A DNA stretch of 64,000 nt. It comes from an uncultured Planctomycetota bacterium. GTDB lineage: Bacteria > Planctomycetota > Planctomycetia > Pirellulales > Lacipirellulaceae. The stretch's first letter is position 1, and each line of letters opens with the position of its first letter. The position numbers were made by a program, and so were the translations under genes. Positions 1-8,650 of this stretch are shown here, piece by piece. Where the stretch lies: NCBI GenBank assembly GCA_963719315.1, contig CAVRBU010000002.1, positions 736,001 through 800,000 of the forward strand. Direction: 5' to 3'. The notes below the pieces were generated by a model that saw only the letters and a program-made list of their open reading frames with translations, was not told where the DNA came from and did not search any database.

Positions 1-674
1 GTATACAACGGATTGCCTTCCATCCGATCGCGACGGATCCAGGCTTCACAGGAAGAACCGCCCCACGAGTCGTCGATCAAGCCGATCGGTACGCCAAGCT
101 GGTCATGCAGTTCTCGGCCGAAAAAATAACCGACGGCTGAAAAGCCTTTCGCCGATTCCGGCGAGCAGACCTTCCATTCGCCGTCGAAATCTTCCACCGC
201 CGTCTGGCTGCCCGGCTCCTTCACATCGATCAGGCGAATCTGCGGATGATTGGCCACGGAAATTTCTAAGTCGGCATCCGTCACCGCCGAGAGCGGCAGT
301 TCCATATTCGATTGGCCAGAGCAAAGCCACACTTCTCCTACCAAGAGGTCCTTAACTTCCAATCGATCCTTGCCACTTTCCACGACGAGCTTGAGCGGAT
401 CGCCCACCGAAAGCGGCTTGAGCGTTACGCTCCAATCTCCCTTCTTGTCGGCCTTCGTTTTCAACGTCTGACCGGCGATCGCAACCGTCACCTGTTCACC
501 CGGCTCTGCCGTGCCCCACACCGGCACCGGCATCCCGCGCTGTAGCACGGCGTGATCCGTGAACATCGCGGGCAATTTCAATGCTGCATGCAAACCTATC
601 GGTAGCGATCCAAAAAATAAAACCAACGAAAATCCCATCAACCTGCACGTCTTGATCGAAACTCGGTGACTCAT
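1..674 (-). CDS. Sialate O-acetylesterase (SASA/SGNH family), runs off the left window edge
   Basis: Not in the ORF track; translated by hand from ATG 674 (GAGG upstream): MSHRVS...LPAMFTDHAVLQRGMPVPVWG...VGEVWLCSGQSNME...FSAVGYFFGRELHDQLGVPIGLIDDSWGGSSCEAW. Confidence 0.9.
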   Translation of the reverse strand, partial: MSHRVSIKTCRLMGFSLVLFFGSLPIGLHAALKLPAMFTDHAVLQRGMPVPVWGTAEPGEQVTVAIAGQTLKTKADKKGDWSVTLKPLSVGDPLKLVVESGKDRLEVKDLLVGEVWLCSGQSNMELPLSAVTDADLEISVANHPQIRLIDVKEPGSQTAVEDFDGEWKVCSPESAKGFSAVGYFFGRELHDQLGVPIGLIDDSWGGSSCEAWIRRDRMEGNPLY

Positions 675-819
675 GTTGGACCGCCTCAATTACGTCTAGT
701 GATGAACGTGACAATACGCTCGTTCCGAGCTTGTCGGAATACGCGAGCAATTCGAAACGAATGGCCACCCCATGATACGCCGGGGAAAAGCCTGATGGAA
801 CCGCCACCAGATGCCCGAT

Positions 820-2616
820 TTAGCGCGAATCGTCGCTTCGCCAATCCGCCAACTGCATCTCGACCGTTTGCCGGCCGCGAAAGTTGTTGATCACCGCCTT
901 AAAGGCGACGGCTAACGGCCCCGTCGCGCCGTTGAGGGCATCCTCCCAGTCGCCGCCGCCGAATGCAACGGCCCGCAGCGCCACGCCGTGCTGCTCCAAC
1001 CGCAACGATAGATGTCGCCCGGTGGAACCAATTCGCCGCGGCGGCTCGGTCATTCGCACGCCGGAGGTGCACAGCGTCGGCCGCTCATTGCCGTGACCGA
1101 AGGGAGCCAGGCTTTCGATTTGCCGCACCGTCTGATGCGTGAGCGCGGCGAGCGGCGTCTCCGCATCGACGAATAATTCCGCGACTCGCTCTTCGTGCGA
1201 AATCGCCCGCTCGGCATACGCGCAGAAATCGATCCGAAACGCGTCGATCGCCGATTCGTCGATCGTCAGGCCGGCCGCCGCTTCGTGCCCGCCGTGAGCC
1301 ACCAGATGCTGCCCGCAGGCTGCCAGCGCCGCGTGCAGATTGAACCCCGCCACACTGCGACCCGAGCCCATGCCTGGCTTCGTGCCCAACTCATCAAGCG
1401 AAATCAGCACCGTCGGCCGATGATAATGCTCGGCCAATCGCCCCGCCACAATCCCGATTACCCCCGCGTGCCACCCGCGGCCGGCCAGCACCAGGGCCGG
1501 CACCGCGTGCGGGTCGCCGATTTCCTCAGCCTGCTTGTGGGCGGCACGGTACACGCTCCGCTCCAGCGTCTGGCGCTGATCGTTGAGGCCATGAATGAAC
1601 TCGGCCAGCTTTAGCGCCCGTTCCGGATTCTCGGTCGTCAATAGTTCGACGGCCAGCGGCGCCTGCCCCAACCGCCCGGCCGCATTCAGTCGCGGCGCGA
1701 TCGTGAACCCCACGTCCTCGCAACTGAGCAGAGGGTTTTTGGCCAGCCCGGTGACTTGCTCAAGGGCCAGTAGCCCGGGCGTCGGATAATGACGCAGGCA
1801 GTTAAGGCCATGCCGCACTAGGATGCGATTTTCATCGACGAGTGGCACCACGTCGGCCACCGTGCCGACTGCCGCCAGCCCGACAGCCCGCATCAAAAAC
1901 GTCCGCATCGCCTCGCTGACGCGCTTTGCTTCGCTCGCCTGCTGACACAGCGCCCAAGCAACCTTCAGCGCCACCGCCGCCCCGCACAATCCCGGAAACG
2001 GATACGTCGACCCCGGCAACCCCGGATGCACAATCGCCACCGCATTCGGAATGTAAGCCGACTCTTCTGAAATCGGCTCTTGCGAGTTTCGGAGAAACTC
2101 GCCTACTTTCGGCTGATGATGATCCGTAATGATCAGCGTCAGCCCGAGATCCCGGGCCGTCTCCGCCTCGGCAGCGCTCGTGATGCCGCAATCGACCGTG
2201 ACGACAACGTCGCCCCCCTCGCCCGCGATTGTCCGCAACGCCTCGTGATTGAGGCCATAGCCCTCATCGATGCGATTCGGAATGTAGAAATCGGCCTTCG
2301 CGCCTAGCAACCTAAGACACAACAACAGAATTGCCGTGGCCGTCATCCCGTCGGCATCGTAATCGCCGTAAACGGTGATCCGCCGCCCGGCTCGAATTGC
2401 TTGATGCAACAGTTGCGCCGCTTGAACCGCGCCCGGCAACTCTTCCGGATCGCGCAATCCGCTGAGCTTCACATCCAGAAACTGCCGCACGCCGTCAACG
2501 TCGCAGATGCCCCGGCCAATCAGAAGTTGGGCCACGACCGCCGGCACACCGGCAGCCTGCCCCAACGCAGCCACCCGCGCCGGATCATAACTCGCAATGC
2601 GCCAGCGTTTGGGCAT
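820..2616 (-). CDS. recJ: ssDNA-specific exonuclease RecJ
   Basis: YGDYDADG, VTVDCG, ITDHH, GTVADVVPL, PRLNAAGRL, GGHEAAAG, APFGHGN motifs; start taken at MPKRWR. Confidence 0.97.
   Translation of the reverse strand: MPKRWRIASYDPARVAALGQAAGVPAVVAQLLIGRGICDVDGVRQFLDVKLSGLRDPEELPGAVQAAQLLHQAIRAGRRITVYGDYDADGMTATAILLLCLRLLGAKADFYIPNRIDEGYGLNHEALRTIAGEGGDVVVTVDCGITSAAEAETARDLGLTLIITDHHQPKVGEFLRNSQEPISEESAYIPNAVAIVHPGLPGSTYPFPGLCGAAVALKVAWALCQQASEAKRVSEAMRTFLMRAVGLAAVGTVADVVPLVDENRILVRHGLNCLRHYPTPGLLALEQVTGLAKNPLLSCEDVGFTIAPRLNAAGRLGQAPLAVELLTTENPERALKLAEFIHGLNDQRQTLERSVYRAAHKQAEEIGDPHAVPALVLAGRGWHAGVIGIVAGRLAEHYHRPTVLISLDELGTKPGMGSGRSVAGFNLHAALAACGQHLVAHGGHEAAAGLTIDESAIDAFRIDFCAYAERAISHEERVAELFVDAETPLAALTHQTVRQIESLAPFGHGNERPTLCTSGVRMTEPPRRIGSTGRHLSLRLEQHGVALRAVAFGGGDWEDALNGATGPLAVAFKAVINNFRGRQTVEMQLADWRSDDSR
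2053..2106. repeat. GTAG-type REP-like doublet inside recJ (54 nt, in frame)
   Basis: GTAA-GCCGACTCTTCTGAAATCGGC and, inverted, GTAG-GCGAGTTTC-TCC-GAAACTCGC (perfect 9-bp stem). Confidence 0.75.
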
Positions 2617-2630
2617 GACACGTCCGTGTA

Positions 2631-2695
2631 CGAGGAGCGAGGATCTAGAGACGAGGAGCGAGATTCTCTTGCTCAATCCTCACTCCTCGCTCCTA
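2631..2695. repeat. Inverted pair of heptamer tandem repeats between rpmG and recJ
   Basis: Minus strand: TAG GAGCGAG GAGTGAG GATTGAG ... CTCGCTC CTCGTCT CTAGATC CTCGCTC CTCG. Confidence 0.75.
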
Positions 2696-2863
2696 CTTTT
2701 TCTTTTCCGTATGCATCGTATGCTTACGCAGCCGCGGGCTGAACTTCTTGAGCTTCAGCTTCTCGCCGCCCGTCTTCCGCCGAATCGTGTAGTTGTGATC
2801 CCCCGTCTCCTCGCACACGAGGAACACGGTCTCGACTTTCTTTTTTCGTTTACCAGCAGCCAT
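2693..2863 (-). CDS. rpmG: 50S ribosomal protein L33
   Basis: Below the ORF-track cutoff; hand translation MAAGKRKKKVETVFLVCEETGDHNYTIRRKTGGEKLKLKKFSPRLRKHTMHTEKKK (56 aa) with the L33 C-terminal motif KLKLKKFSPRLRKH. Confidence 0.93.
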   Translation of the reverse strand: MAAGKRKKKVETVFLVCEETGDHNYTIRRKTGGEKLKLKKFSPRLRKHTMHTEKKK

Positions 2864-2866
2864 GGC

Positions 2867-2896
2867 AGGGTGGAGGGTTCAGGGTTTAGGGTTCAG
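2867..2896. repeat. Short degenerate (AGGGTTC)n heptamer array immediately upstream of the rpmG start
   Basis: AGGGTGG AGGGTTC AGGGTTT AGGGTTC AG; same unit as the 17906-18015 array. Confidence 0.75.
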
Positions 2897-3046
2897 TGTC
2901 CAGCATGAGCGAGCCGGGTCGTCCCCGACCCCGCTTCCACGCCCCGCGTCGCGGAACCCACGATTGTACGGCGAAACGGCAAACCACTCCAGGGGGACCG
3001 GGAATCGGTAGTGGTACAGTTTGAATTTAGGGATTTGTGGGCATCA

Positions 3047-3109
3047 TTATTTGGTCGCCCAAACCGCCAGCCCTAGCGCCACCGCAACTAGCGTTGTGGC
3101 AATTAGCAG
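3047..3109 (-). pseudogene. C-terminal remnant of a small membrane protein (LLIATTLVAVALGLAVWATK)
   Basis: Starts 2 nt after the stop of the 3112-3645 gene; resembles the RFSLRTLFIAMTV tail at 47277-47465. Confidence 0.5.
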
Positions 3110-3111
3110 CT

Positions 3112-3645
3112 TCACGTGACGGCCGATGGCGGCGAGCCCTCGTCGGCCGATCCTTTGAGGCTCTCCAGGAATTCTGGCGAGCAGCCGTTTAGCCAGAAAT
3201 GCTCGCCGGCATGTCGATGGATGGTTAGCGGAGAGCTGAACAATATCAGCAATATAAAGCCGCCCCAAAACAGAAATGGAAATAGACTGATCATCGCCAA
3301 CGCGGCGGCGGAGCGGTTAAGAACTAGCAGTACTAAAGGGGCGACGAGCGATCCGATTATGAGCAAACCGGCGATAAACTTTCGAAGCAGATAGCGATTT
3401 CGTACCTGCCTTGAAATTCCCGCTTGCACGCGGCAGCGATTCCGGACCACAAACGGGGCGAATAGCAGAAATGCCGGCATAAGGCACATCGCAATCCTCA
3501 GCCCGCCCGACAGATAGGGCAGATCGATAATCCGATACTCGCGCTCGCCTACCGGACGATTCGTTCGAACGCATCGCTGCGGCAAGGCCGTCCTGTCTGT
3601 CAGGACCAGAAACGTCCCGTCGATCCATTCGGAAGGCTGTTCCAT
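3112..3645 (-). CDS. Hypothetical membrane protein (LPxRCVRTNxP ... FWLNGCSPEFL)
   Basis: Start taken at MEQPSEW; three hydrophobic segments. Confidence 0.7.
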   Translation of the reverse strand: MEQPSEWIDGTFLVLTDRTALPQRCVRTNRPVGEREYRIIDLPYLSGGLRIAMCLMPAFLLFAPFVVRNRCRVQAGISRQVRNRYLLRKFIAGLLIIGSLVAPLVLLVLNRSAAALAMISLFPFLFWGGFILLILFSSPLTIHRHAGEHFWLNGCSPEFLESLKGSADEGSPPSAVT

Positions 3646-3737
3646 GAGAGAAACACCGGCAGAGAAAACGAGTAGGGATAACGCGCGTGGCCTGCTCACA
3701 ACGCCCCGCGAAGATTCTATCACATCCCCGGCCTATA

Positions 3738-3836
3738 TCAGCACGGCTCTATGGCCATCTGCCGAAACTGCCCGCCCCACGCCACCGACCACGCGATTCG
3801 CAGCTTGCGGAATCGGACTGGCGGCTTGGATTCCAT
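3738..3836 (-). pseudogene. N-terminal remnant of a small membrane protein (MESKPPVRFRKLRIAWSVAWG...)
   Basis: Hand translation, 32 aa; truncated within its first hydrophobic helix. Confidence 0.45.
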
Positions 3837-4012
3837 GCCTTAAAGATACCGTGCCGACACTTCGCTAAACAGATCATCAAACTTCCATAGCCGATTCGTG
3901 ACGCCGGCCATCATCGCGGGTGTCGGACGAAGCTTACCGGTCTCAACGCTCTAATCTTGATAGCTAGAACGCCAGCCGCCATCGCGGGAATGCAGCCTGC
4001 AAGACACCACGC

Positions 4013-5545
4013 TCATTTTTTCCGAACGTCCGATTCTTTGCTTACATCGTCCTTTTTCTGTAAATCGTTTGGATCGAAGTTCGGGTTCGCGTGCGGTGCC
4101 TTGGCCTTAGCTTCCTTCCTCCAATTCTCGAGCATCCCGTGTAACTGGACAACGATGTCCGCCTGGCTCTCCGCCAGATTGTGGGTCTCACTCGGATCCG
4201 CTTCCAAATCAAACACCTCCAAAGGGTCGCCCTCACGCCACTCAATCAGCTTCCATCGTCCATCGCGCACCGCCGACGCCGGCGCACCACCTTGGTTGCC
4301 GTAATGCGGGTAGTCCCAAAACAGCGCCCGCTGCGCCAATTGCTCGCCGCGCAATAATGGTGTCAAACTCACGCCGTCGATGTGCTGCTCCGGCTTCACT
4401 GGCCGCCCCGCCGCTTCCAGAAACGTCGGGAAATAATCGTTGCTGATGATCGGCGTCGCGCACGTGCTCCCCGGCTCAGCGACGCCCGGCCAGCGGATAA
4501 TGGTTGGCTCGCGGATGCCGCCTTCGTACACCCAGCCTTTACCGGCCCGTAGCGGCGCGTTCGACGTCGACCAGCCCTCGGCGGTCGCCAGGCCGCCATT
4601 GTCCGAGGTGAACAGCACGATCGTGTTCTGCGCAAGGCCCAGCTCATCCAGCTTGTCGAGCACCGCGCCGATGGCATCATCCGTCTCCTCGATCATCGCC
4701 GCATAGGTCGGATTATCTTGCAAGAGACGCACCTTGTTGTCGTGTTCCTGGCCCCACGCCGGGCCCGTGTGCGGCAACCCGGCCGCCTTGGCCTTGTATT
4801 TCGCCACGAGCTTCTCCGTCGACTTCAGCGGCACGTGGACCGAATAGAACGACAGATACGCGAAGAACGGCCTCTCGCGATGCGACTCGATGAACTCGCA
4901 CGTCTCGTCGCCCAGCCGCCGCGTCAAGGACTCGCCGGGCGGACCATCGGCCAGCAGCGGATTGCCGTACGGGCTGTAGTAGCTCTTTGGCAGGCCCCAA
5001 TCGAGGCCCCCCTTGTTCACGTCGAAACCCTGGTCGGTCGGCAAAAAGCCTTTGCCGCCCAGGTGCCACTTGCCGGCGAAGAACGTCGCGTAGCCGGCGT
5101 CGTGCAACTCCTCGGCAATCGTCCGCTCGCTCAGCGCCAGATGATCGGCGTACGGCGCCGGCAGCAGCCGCGTGTTGCGTTTCCAATTCTCGGGCTGATT
5201 AACGCCGTACGGGTTGATGAAATCGGTGATCCCGCTCCGCTGCGGGTACCGGCCCGTCATCATGCTGGCCCGCGTCGGGCTGCACACCGGGCAAGCCGCG
5301 TAGGCGGCCGTAAACCGCATCCCGCCGGACGCCAGCCGGTCGATATTCGGCGTCTCGTAAAACGTGCTACCAAAGCAGCCGACATCCGTCGCTCCCAGAT
5401 CATCGACCAAAAACACGACGATATTTGGCGGCCGAGTCTCCGCTGACCAATCATGCGCAATCGTCGCGGCAAGAACCAATGCAAACACAGATAACAAAGA
5501 TCTCACGCAGAGAGAACGTGGAAGCATTCTACTCAAAGTAATCAT
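4013..5545 (-). CDS. Formylglycine-dependent sulfatase, secreted
   Basis: PNIVVFLVDDLG, CSPTRAS (CxPxR), GKWHLG, FTSDNGG, YEGGIREP; GGAGG upstream of ATG 5545; signal-like N-terminus. Confidence 0.96.
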   Translation of the reverse strand: MITLSRMLPRSLCVRSLLSVFALVLAATIAHDWSAETRPPNIVVFLVDDLGATDVGCFGSTFYETPNIDRLASGGMRFTAAYAACPVCSPTRASMMTGRYPQRSGITDFINPYGVNQPENWKRNTRLLPAPYADHLALSERTIAEELHDAGYATFFAGKWHLGGKGFLPTDQGFDVNKGGLDWGLPKSYYSPYGNPLLADGPPGESLTRRLGDETCEFIESHRERPFFAYLSFYSVHVPLKSTEKLVAKYKAKAAGLPHTGPAWGQEHDNKVRLLQDNPTYAAMIEETDDAIGAVLDKLDELGLAQNTIVLFTSDNGGLATAEGWSTSNAPLRAGKGWVYEGGIREPTIIRWPGVAEPGSTCATPIISNDYFPTFLEAAGRPVKPEQHIDGVSLTPLLRGEQLAQRALFWDYPHYGNQGGAPASAVRDGRWKLIEWREGDPLEVFDLEADPSETHNLAESQADIVVQLHGMLENWRKEAKAKAPHANPNFDPNDLQKKDDVSKESDVRKK

Positions 5546-5627
5546 TCTGCGACCTCCGTGCTTGCGCGAGACTTCCGAGAACAAACATCCCTTCCAGGAA
5601 CCGCACCTAGAATTGCCGATGGCTTGA

Positions 5628-5658
5628 ATTATACTTCGTCTCGCTCAATCCATGTCAA
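5628..5658 (-). promoter_or_regulatory. Sigma70-like promoter upstream of the sulfatase
   Basis: TTGACA-N19-TATAAT on the minus strand (consensus hexamers, long spacer). Confidence 0.5.
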
Positions 5659-5675
5659 ACTGTTTTCACGAGCGC

Positions 5676-5712
5676 AAAAAAAATCGGGGCCGACGCTCCA
5701 CGCGACCCCGAT
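5676..5712 (-). terminator. Intrinsic terminator after hsp20
   Basis: ATCGGGG...CCCCGAT stem followed by a T8 tract on the minus strand. Confidence 0.75.
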
Positions 5713-5801
5713 CACAAGCCAATAAGTACCGCGAGCCGAGCGGCACTTCGTTTGAATCAAACCAGCACAATTCCTGCCCGTCGCGGCTCGACGGACCCGA
5801 A

Positions 5802-6230
5802 TTACGACACTTTCACGTCGATCTTCTTCGGCTGCGCCTCCGGCAGCTTGGTGATCGTCACGTGCAGCACTCCGTTGGTGAGCTCGGCCGTGATCGTGTT
5901 CTGATCGACGGTTTCCGGCAGCGAAACGCTCCGCGAGACCTTGCCGTAGCCGCGCTCGTTGTGCCAGCTCGTGCGCTCGCCCTCGGGCGCCTTCCGTTCC
6001 AGCGTAACCTGCAGCGCGCCCTTGTCGAAGGTGAGCTCAACGTCTTCCTTTTTCACGCCGGGCGCATCGACCTCGATGTGAAACATGTTGTCGGCCTCCC
6101 AAATCGAAGCCGGCGCACGCCACATCGCAACTTCCTCCGCCCGGAAGAAGTGATTGAACAAGTTGTCGAATTCTGGCATTCCGGAAGCCAGAAAGTTCCC
6201 CAAACGATTCTTTTGCAATGCTGTAGACAT
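5802..6230 (-). CDS. Hsp20/alpha-crystallin small heat-shock protein
   Basis: DAPGVKKEDV, ERGYGKVSRSVSLP, AELTNGVLHVTITK; AGGAG RBS. Confidence 0.95.
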   Translation of the reverse strand: MSTALQKNRLGNFLASGMPEFDNLFNHFFRAEEVAMWRAPASIWEADNMFHIEVDAPGVKKEDVELTFDKGALQVTLERKAPEGERTSWHNERGYGKVSRSVSLPETVDQNTITAELTNGVLHVTITKLPEAQPKKIDVKVS

Positions 6231-6370
6231 GACGATTTCTCCTTTCCTAAAACGGCGTGATACAAAACTTGGTTTATCAAACGATCCAAGCGATCAAACG
6301 CTCGCAAACACTCTCCACAAAGGGCGGCCACCGGGAATTGAAGCCGGCGACCTCGAACGCCACTCTAAAA

Positions 6371-6387
6371 AGCAACCGCCGTGCCGA
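6371..6387 (-). promoter_or_regulatory. Sigma54 (-24/-12) promoter for hsp20
   Basis: TCGGCACGGCGGTTGCT, i.e. GG-N10-GC matching TGGCACG-N4-TTGC. Confidence 0.65.
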
Positions 6388-6543
6388 CCGAGTTTATTCG
6401 GAGACAATTGCACCTAAATCTTTAACAGGCAATCAATTAAAGAAACCGGTGCCAAGCTGGTGCCAAAATGGCACGTGCAGAAGTGGCACTGCGGACCGAA
6501 TTACAAGCCGGCCTCATGCCAAATTGACAGCTTCAAGAGGCGG

Positions 6544-7035
6544 TTATTGCCCGTTCGGCAAGACCACGTATGAGCCCTTGAACGAAACGGCAGGGCCCAT
6601 CGTGCCCGCTACTTCGACGGCAACGTCGAGCTTCGTTTGGCCCTTGTCGTCCAGCATTTCCAGAAAATACTGCGATTCGGCCGGCGTCACGGGCCGGCAA
6701 AGGGCGTAAATCTCTGCCGTAGTCACCGGCTCCAAATACTTGATTGAACTGCGGTGAATGACGATGTTACCCCGCCGCCCGAGTTGCCGAAGTAGCAAAA
6801 ACACGTAGCCCCAGCCAGCGATCGTACAGAGGGCGCTGAGGCTGCCCGCGAAGGCGGTTTGTTGATGGTTACGATTCGGATTGAGCGGCATCCGCATCAC
6901 CAGCCCGTCCAACCAGCCATCGTGCACCCGAATACCCATCTGGACGCTCATCGGGATTTCTCGCTCCAGAGTTGTCTGCAATTCTTCAATCATGGCAGGG
7001 GCCGCGGTCGTCGTTTTTACGGTGGAGTCGGGCAT
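6544..7035 (-). CDS. Hotdog-fold thioesterase (YiiD C-terminal-like)
   Basis: IPMSVQMGI, PLNPNRNHQQTAFAGSL, SSIKYLEPV. Confidence 0.85.
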   Translation of the reverse strand: MPDSTVKTTTAAPAMIEELQTTLEREIPMSVQMGIRVHDGWLDGLVMRMPLNPNRNHQQTAFAGSLSALCTIAGWGYVFLLLRQLGRRGNIVIHRSSIKYLEPVTTAEIYALCRPVTPAESQYFLEMLDDKGQTKLDVAVEVAGTMGPAVSFKGSYVVLPNGQ

Positions 7036-7236
7036 AATGCACGGCCTGGAGATGCAATCGAACAGATTTCATCGTAGCCCAAGCTCATTTTCTTAACTAG
7101 CCGAGTCAGAGCAGACATGTATGGGCGGCATGCCCTCGGCTTTGCGTGGGCGCACGCCGTTTCCCTACGACATGGCCATGTCTCCGAGCTTCCCAGGTCC
7201 CGCCACCCATTGAGGACCAAGCTCTGACCTATTCCA

Positions 7237-8277
7237 TCAGAGCTTCAGCAGTAGCAAAACCGAGTAGTTCACTAGATGAGGTTCCGACCCATTCGGCGTA
7301 CTGTCGTACCGATCTTGGGCCGAGATTTTCAGACTTAAGTTCGAGGGCTGCACGAGCACCACTTCCCAGCCTACATCCGACACCAGGCGGTACTCGCCAA
7401 CCTGGTCCCATTCGGGAAAGTAATCCAGCTTCCCGTAAAACTTCTGCGTCGCACATAGCTGTTGGCTGTACTCGAACCCAAACAGCGATTCGGGCACCCA
7501 TCGGTCGTCGGCCCCGCCGAACTCGCGCGACGTGCCGCCACCCACGCGACCGATGAGCTCCAGGTCCTTTTCGTGAAAAAAGCGATAGCCCAAGCCTGTG
7601 TCGAGGTTCGTCTGCAGGTCGAAGTCTTTGAATTGGTCGTAAAAAATGCTGTTCGAGGCAAACAAGGTCCAGGGCGACGATTCATCTAACAGCCAGTCGT
7701 TGCGAAAATCGAACTGGGCATTGTTTTGCGTCGTCTCCCCGCCGCTGCCTGTGCGATTGTAGTAAGTGCTCACATTGAGCTTCGAAAATCGCGAGGCGCG
7801 TTTGATGTATCCGCCCGTGCGCAGACTAAACGATTCACTCGTGCCCGCCGAGCCATTCAGGCCGAGCTCGATCCCCGTATCCCATGGCACGGGCTCGAGC
7901 ACGAACGCGCGCTCGTACCACGTTGGATGCCTATCGACAATAGCTCCCGAGGCTGATGCTTCTCCGGCGGCGCCTTCGATTTTGTCACCACCGGCAGGCG
8001 CCGGCAGCGATTCTTCCAGTGGATTTGCGAATAGGGGACTTGGCGACGGCGACGGCGGGATTGCAGTCGCCGGTGGCTGCCACGGCTCAGAGGTCGGCGC
8101 CGGAGCGGCGCCTACAGCCGGCATTGTATCTGCTGGCGCTGCGATCGTTGGCCCGGGAGGCGGAAGCAGAGCGGGCTGCGGAATTTGCTGCCCCGGCACG
8201 CGCGCAGATCCAAACGCGACGGCGATCAAAATCAGCGAGCGTCGTACAAAACGCATTACGGCGATATCCGGCAACAT
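7237..8277 (-). CDS. DUF481/YdiY-like outer-membrane beta-barrel with Pro-rich N-terminus (start uncertain)
   Basis: ELGLNGSAGTSE, YDQFKDFD, GLGYRF, DRYDSTP; alternating beta pattern at the C-terminus. Confidence 0.75.
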   Translation of the reverse strand: MLPDIAVMRFVRRSLILIAVAFGSARVPGQQIPQPALLPPPGPTIAAPADTMPAVGAAPAPTSEPWQPPATAIPPSPSPSPLFANPLEESLPAPAGGDKIEGAAGEASASGAIVDRHPTWYERAFVLEPVPWDTGIELGLNGSAGTSESFSLRTGGYIKRASRFSKLNVSTYYNRTGSGGETTQNNAQFDFRNDWLLDESSPWTLFASNSIFYDQFKDFDLQTNLDTGLGYRFFHEKDLELIGRVGGGTSREFGGADDRWVPESLFGFEYSQQLCATQKFYGKLDYFPEWDQVGEYRLVSDVGWEVVLVQPSNLSLKISAQDRYDSTPNGSEPHLVNYSVLLLLKL

Positions 8278-8499
8278 TTGCTGGCCGAAAATTTGATGAT
8301 CCTTGAGGTAGATGCTGTGCGAGCTGCGAGACAAGCTGCCAATCGTCGCACGACGATCGGGAGATTCGGCGGCAGGCGTTCCTCACCTGGCGGCCAAGTT
8401 TTAGCCACAAATCACTTGCCACTCAATGCCCGTTTAAGGACGGCACTAGCTTGTATTCGTTTAGGGGAGAAGTCGGTGATAGCAACCAGCCGAAATCAA

Positions 8500-8563
8500 G
8501 TGTGCCAATGGCTCCGCCAGCGCGTTTTCCAGCAATTCACGGCACTGGCAAAGCCAGTGGCAC
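8500..8563. repeat. REP-like doublet
   Basis: GTGTGCCAATGGCTCCGCCAG ... CACTGGCAAAGCCAGTGGCAC. Confidence 0.65.
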
Positions 8564-8586
8564 GCCGGCAACAACATCCATCAATC

Positions 8587-8620
8587 AAAAACGGCCGGGC
8601 TCCTTGCGAAGCCCGGCCGT
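8587..8620 (-). terminator. Intrinsic terminator after the YTV gene
   Basis: ACGGCCGGGCT/AGCCCGGCCGT 11-bp stem plus T tract on the minus strand. Confidence 0.8.
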
Positions 8621-8650
8621 GTAATTTTCAATCCGTATCTCACACTGCAA

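Noticed and set aside
3008..3026. GGTAGTGGTACAGTTTGAA as a possible element end
   Set aside because: It looks like a recurrent boundary motif, but there is no second copy or partner end in this window to support it.
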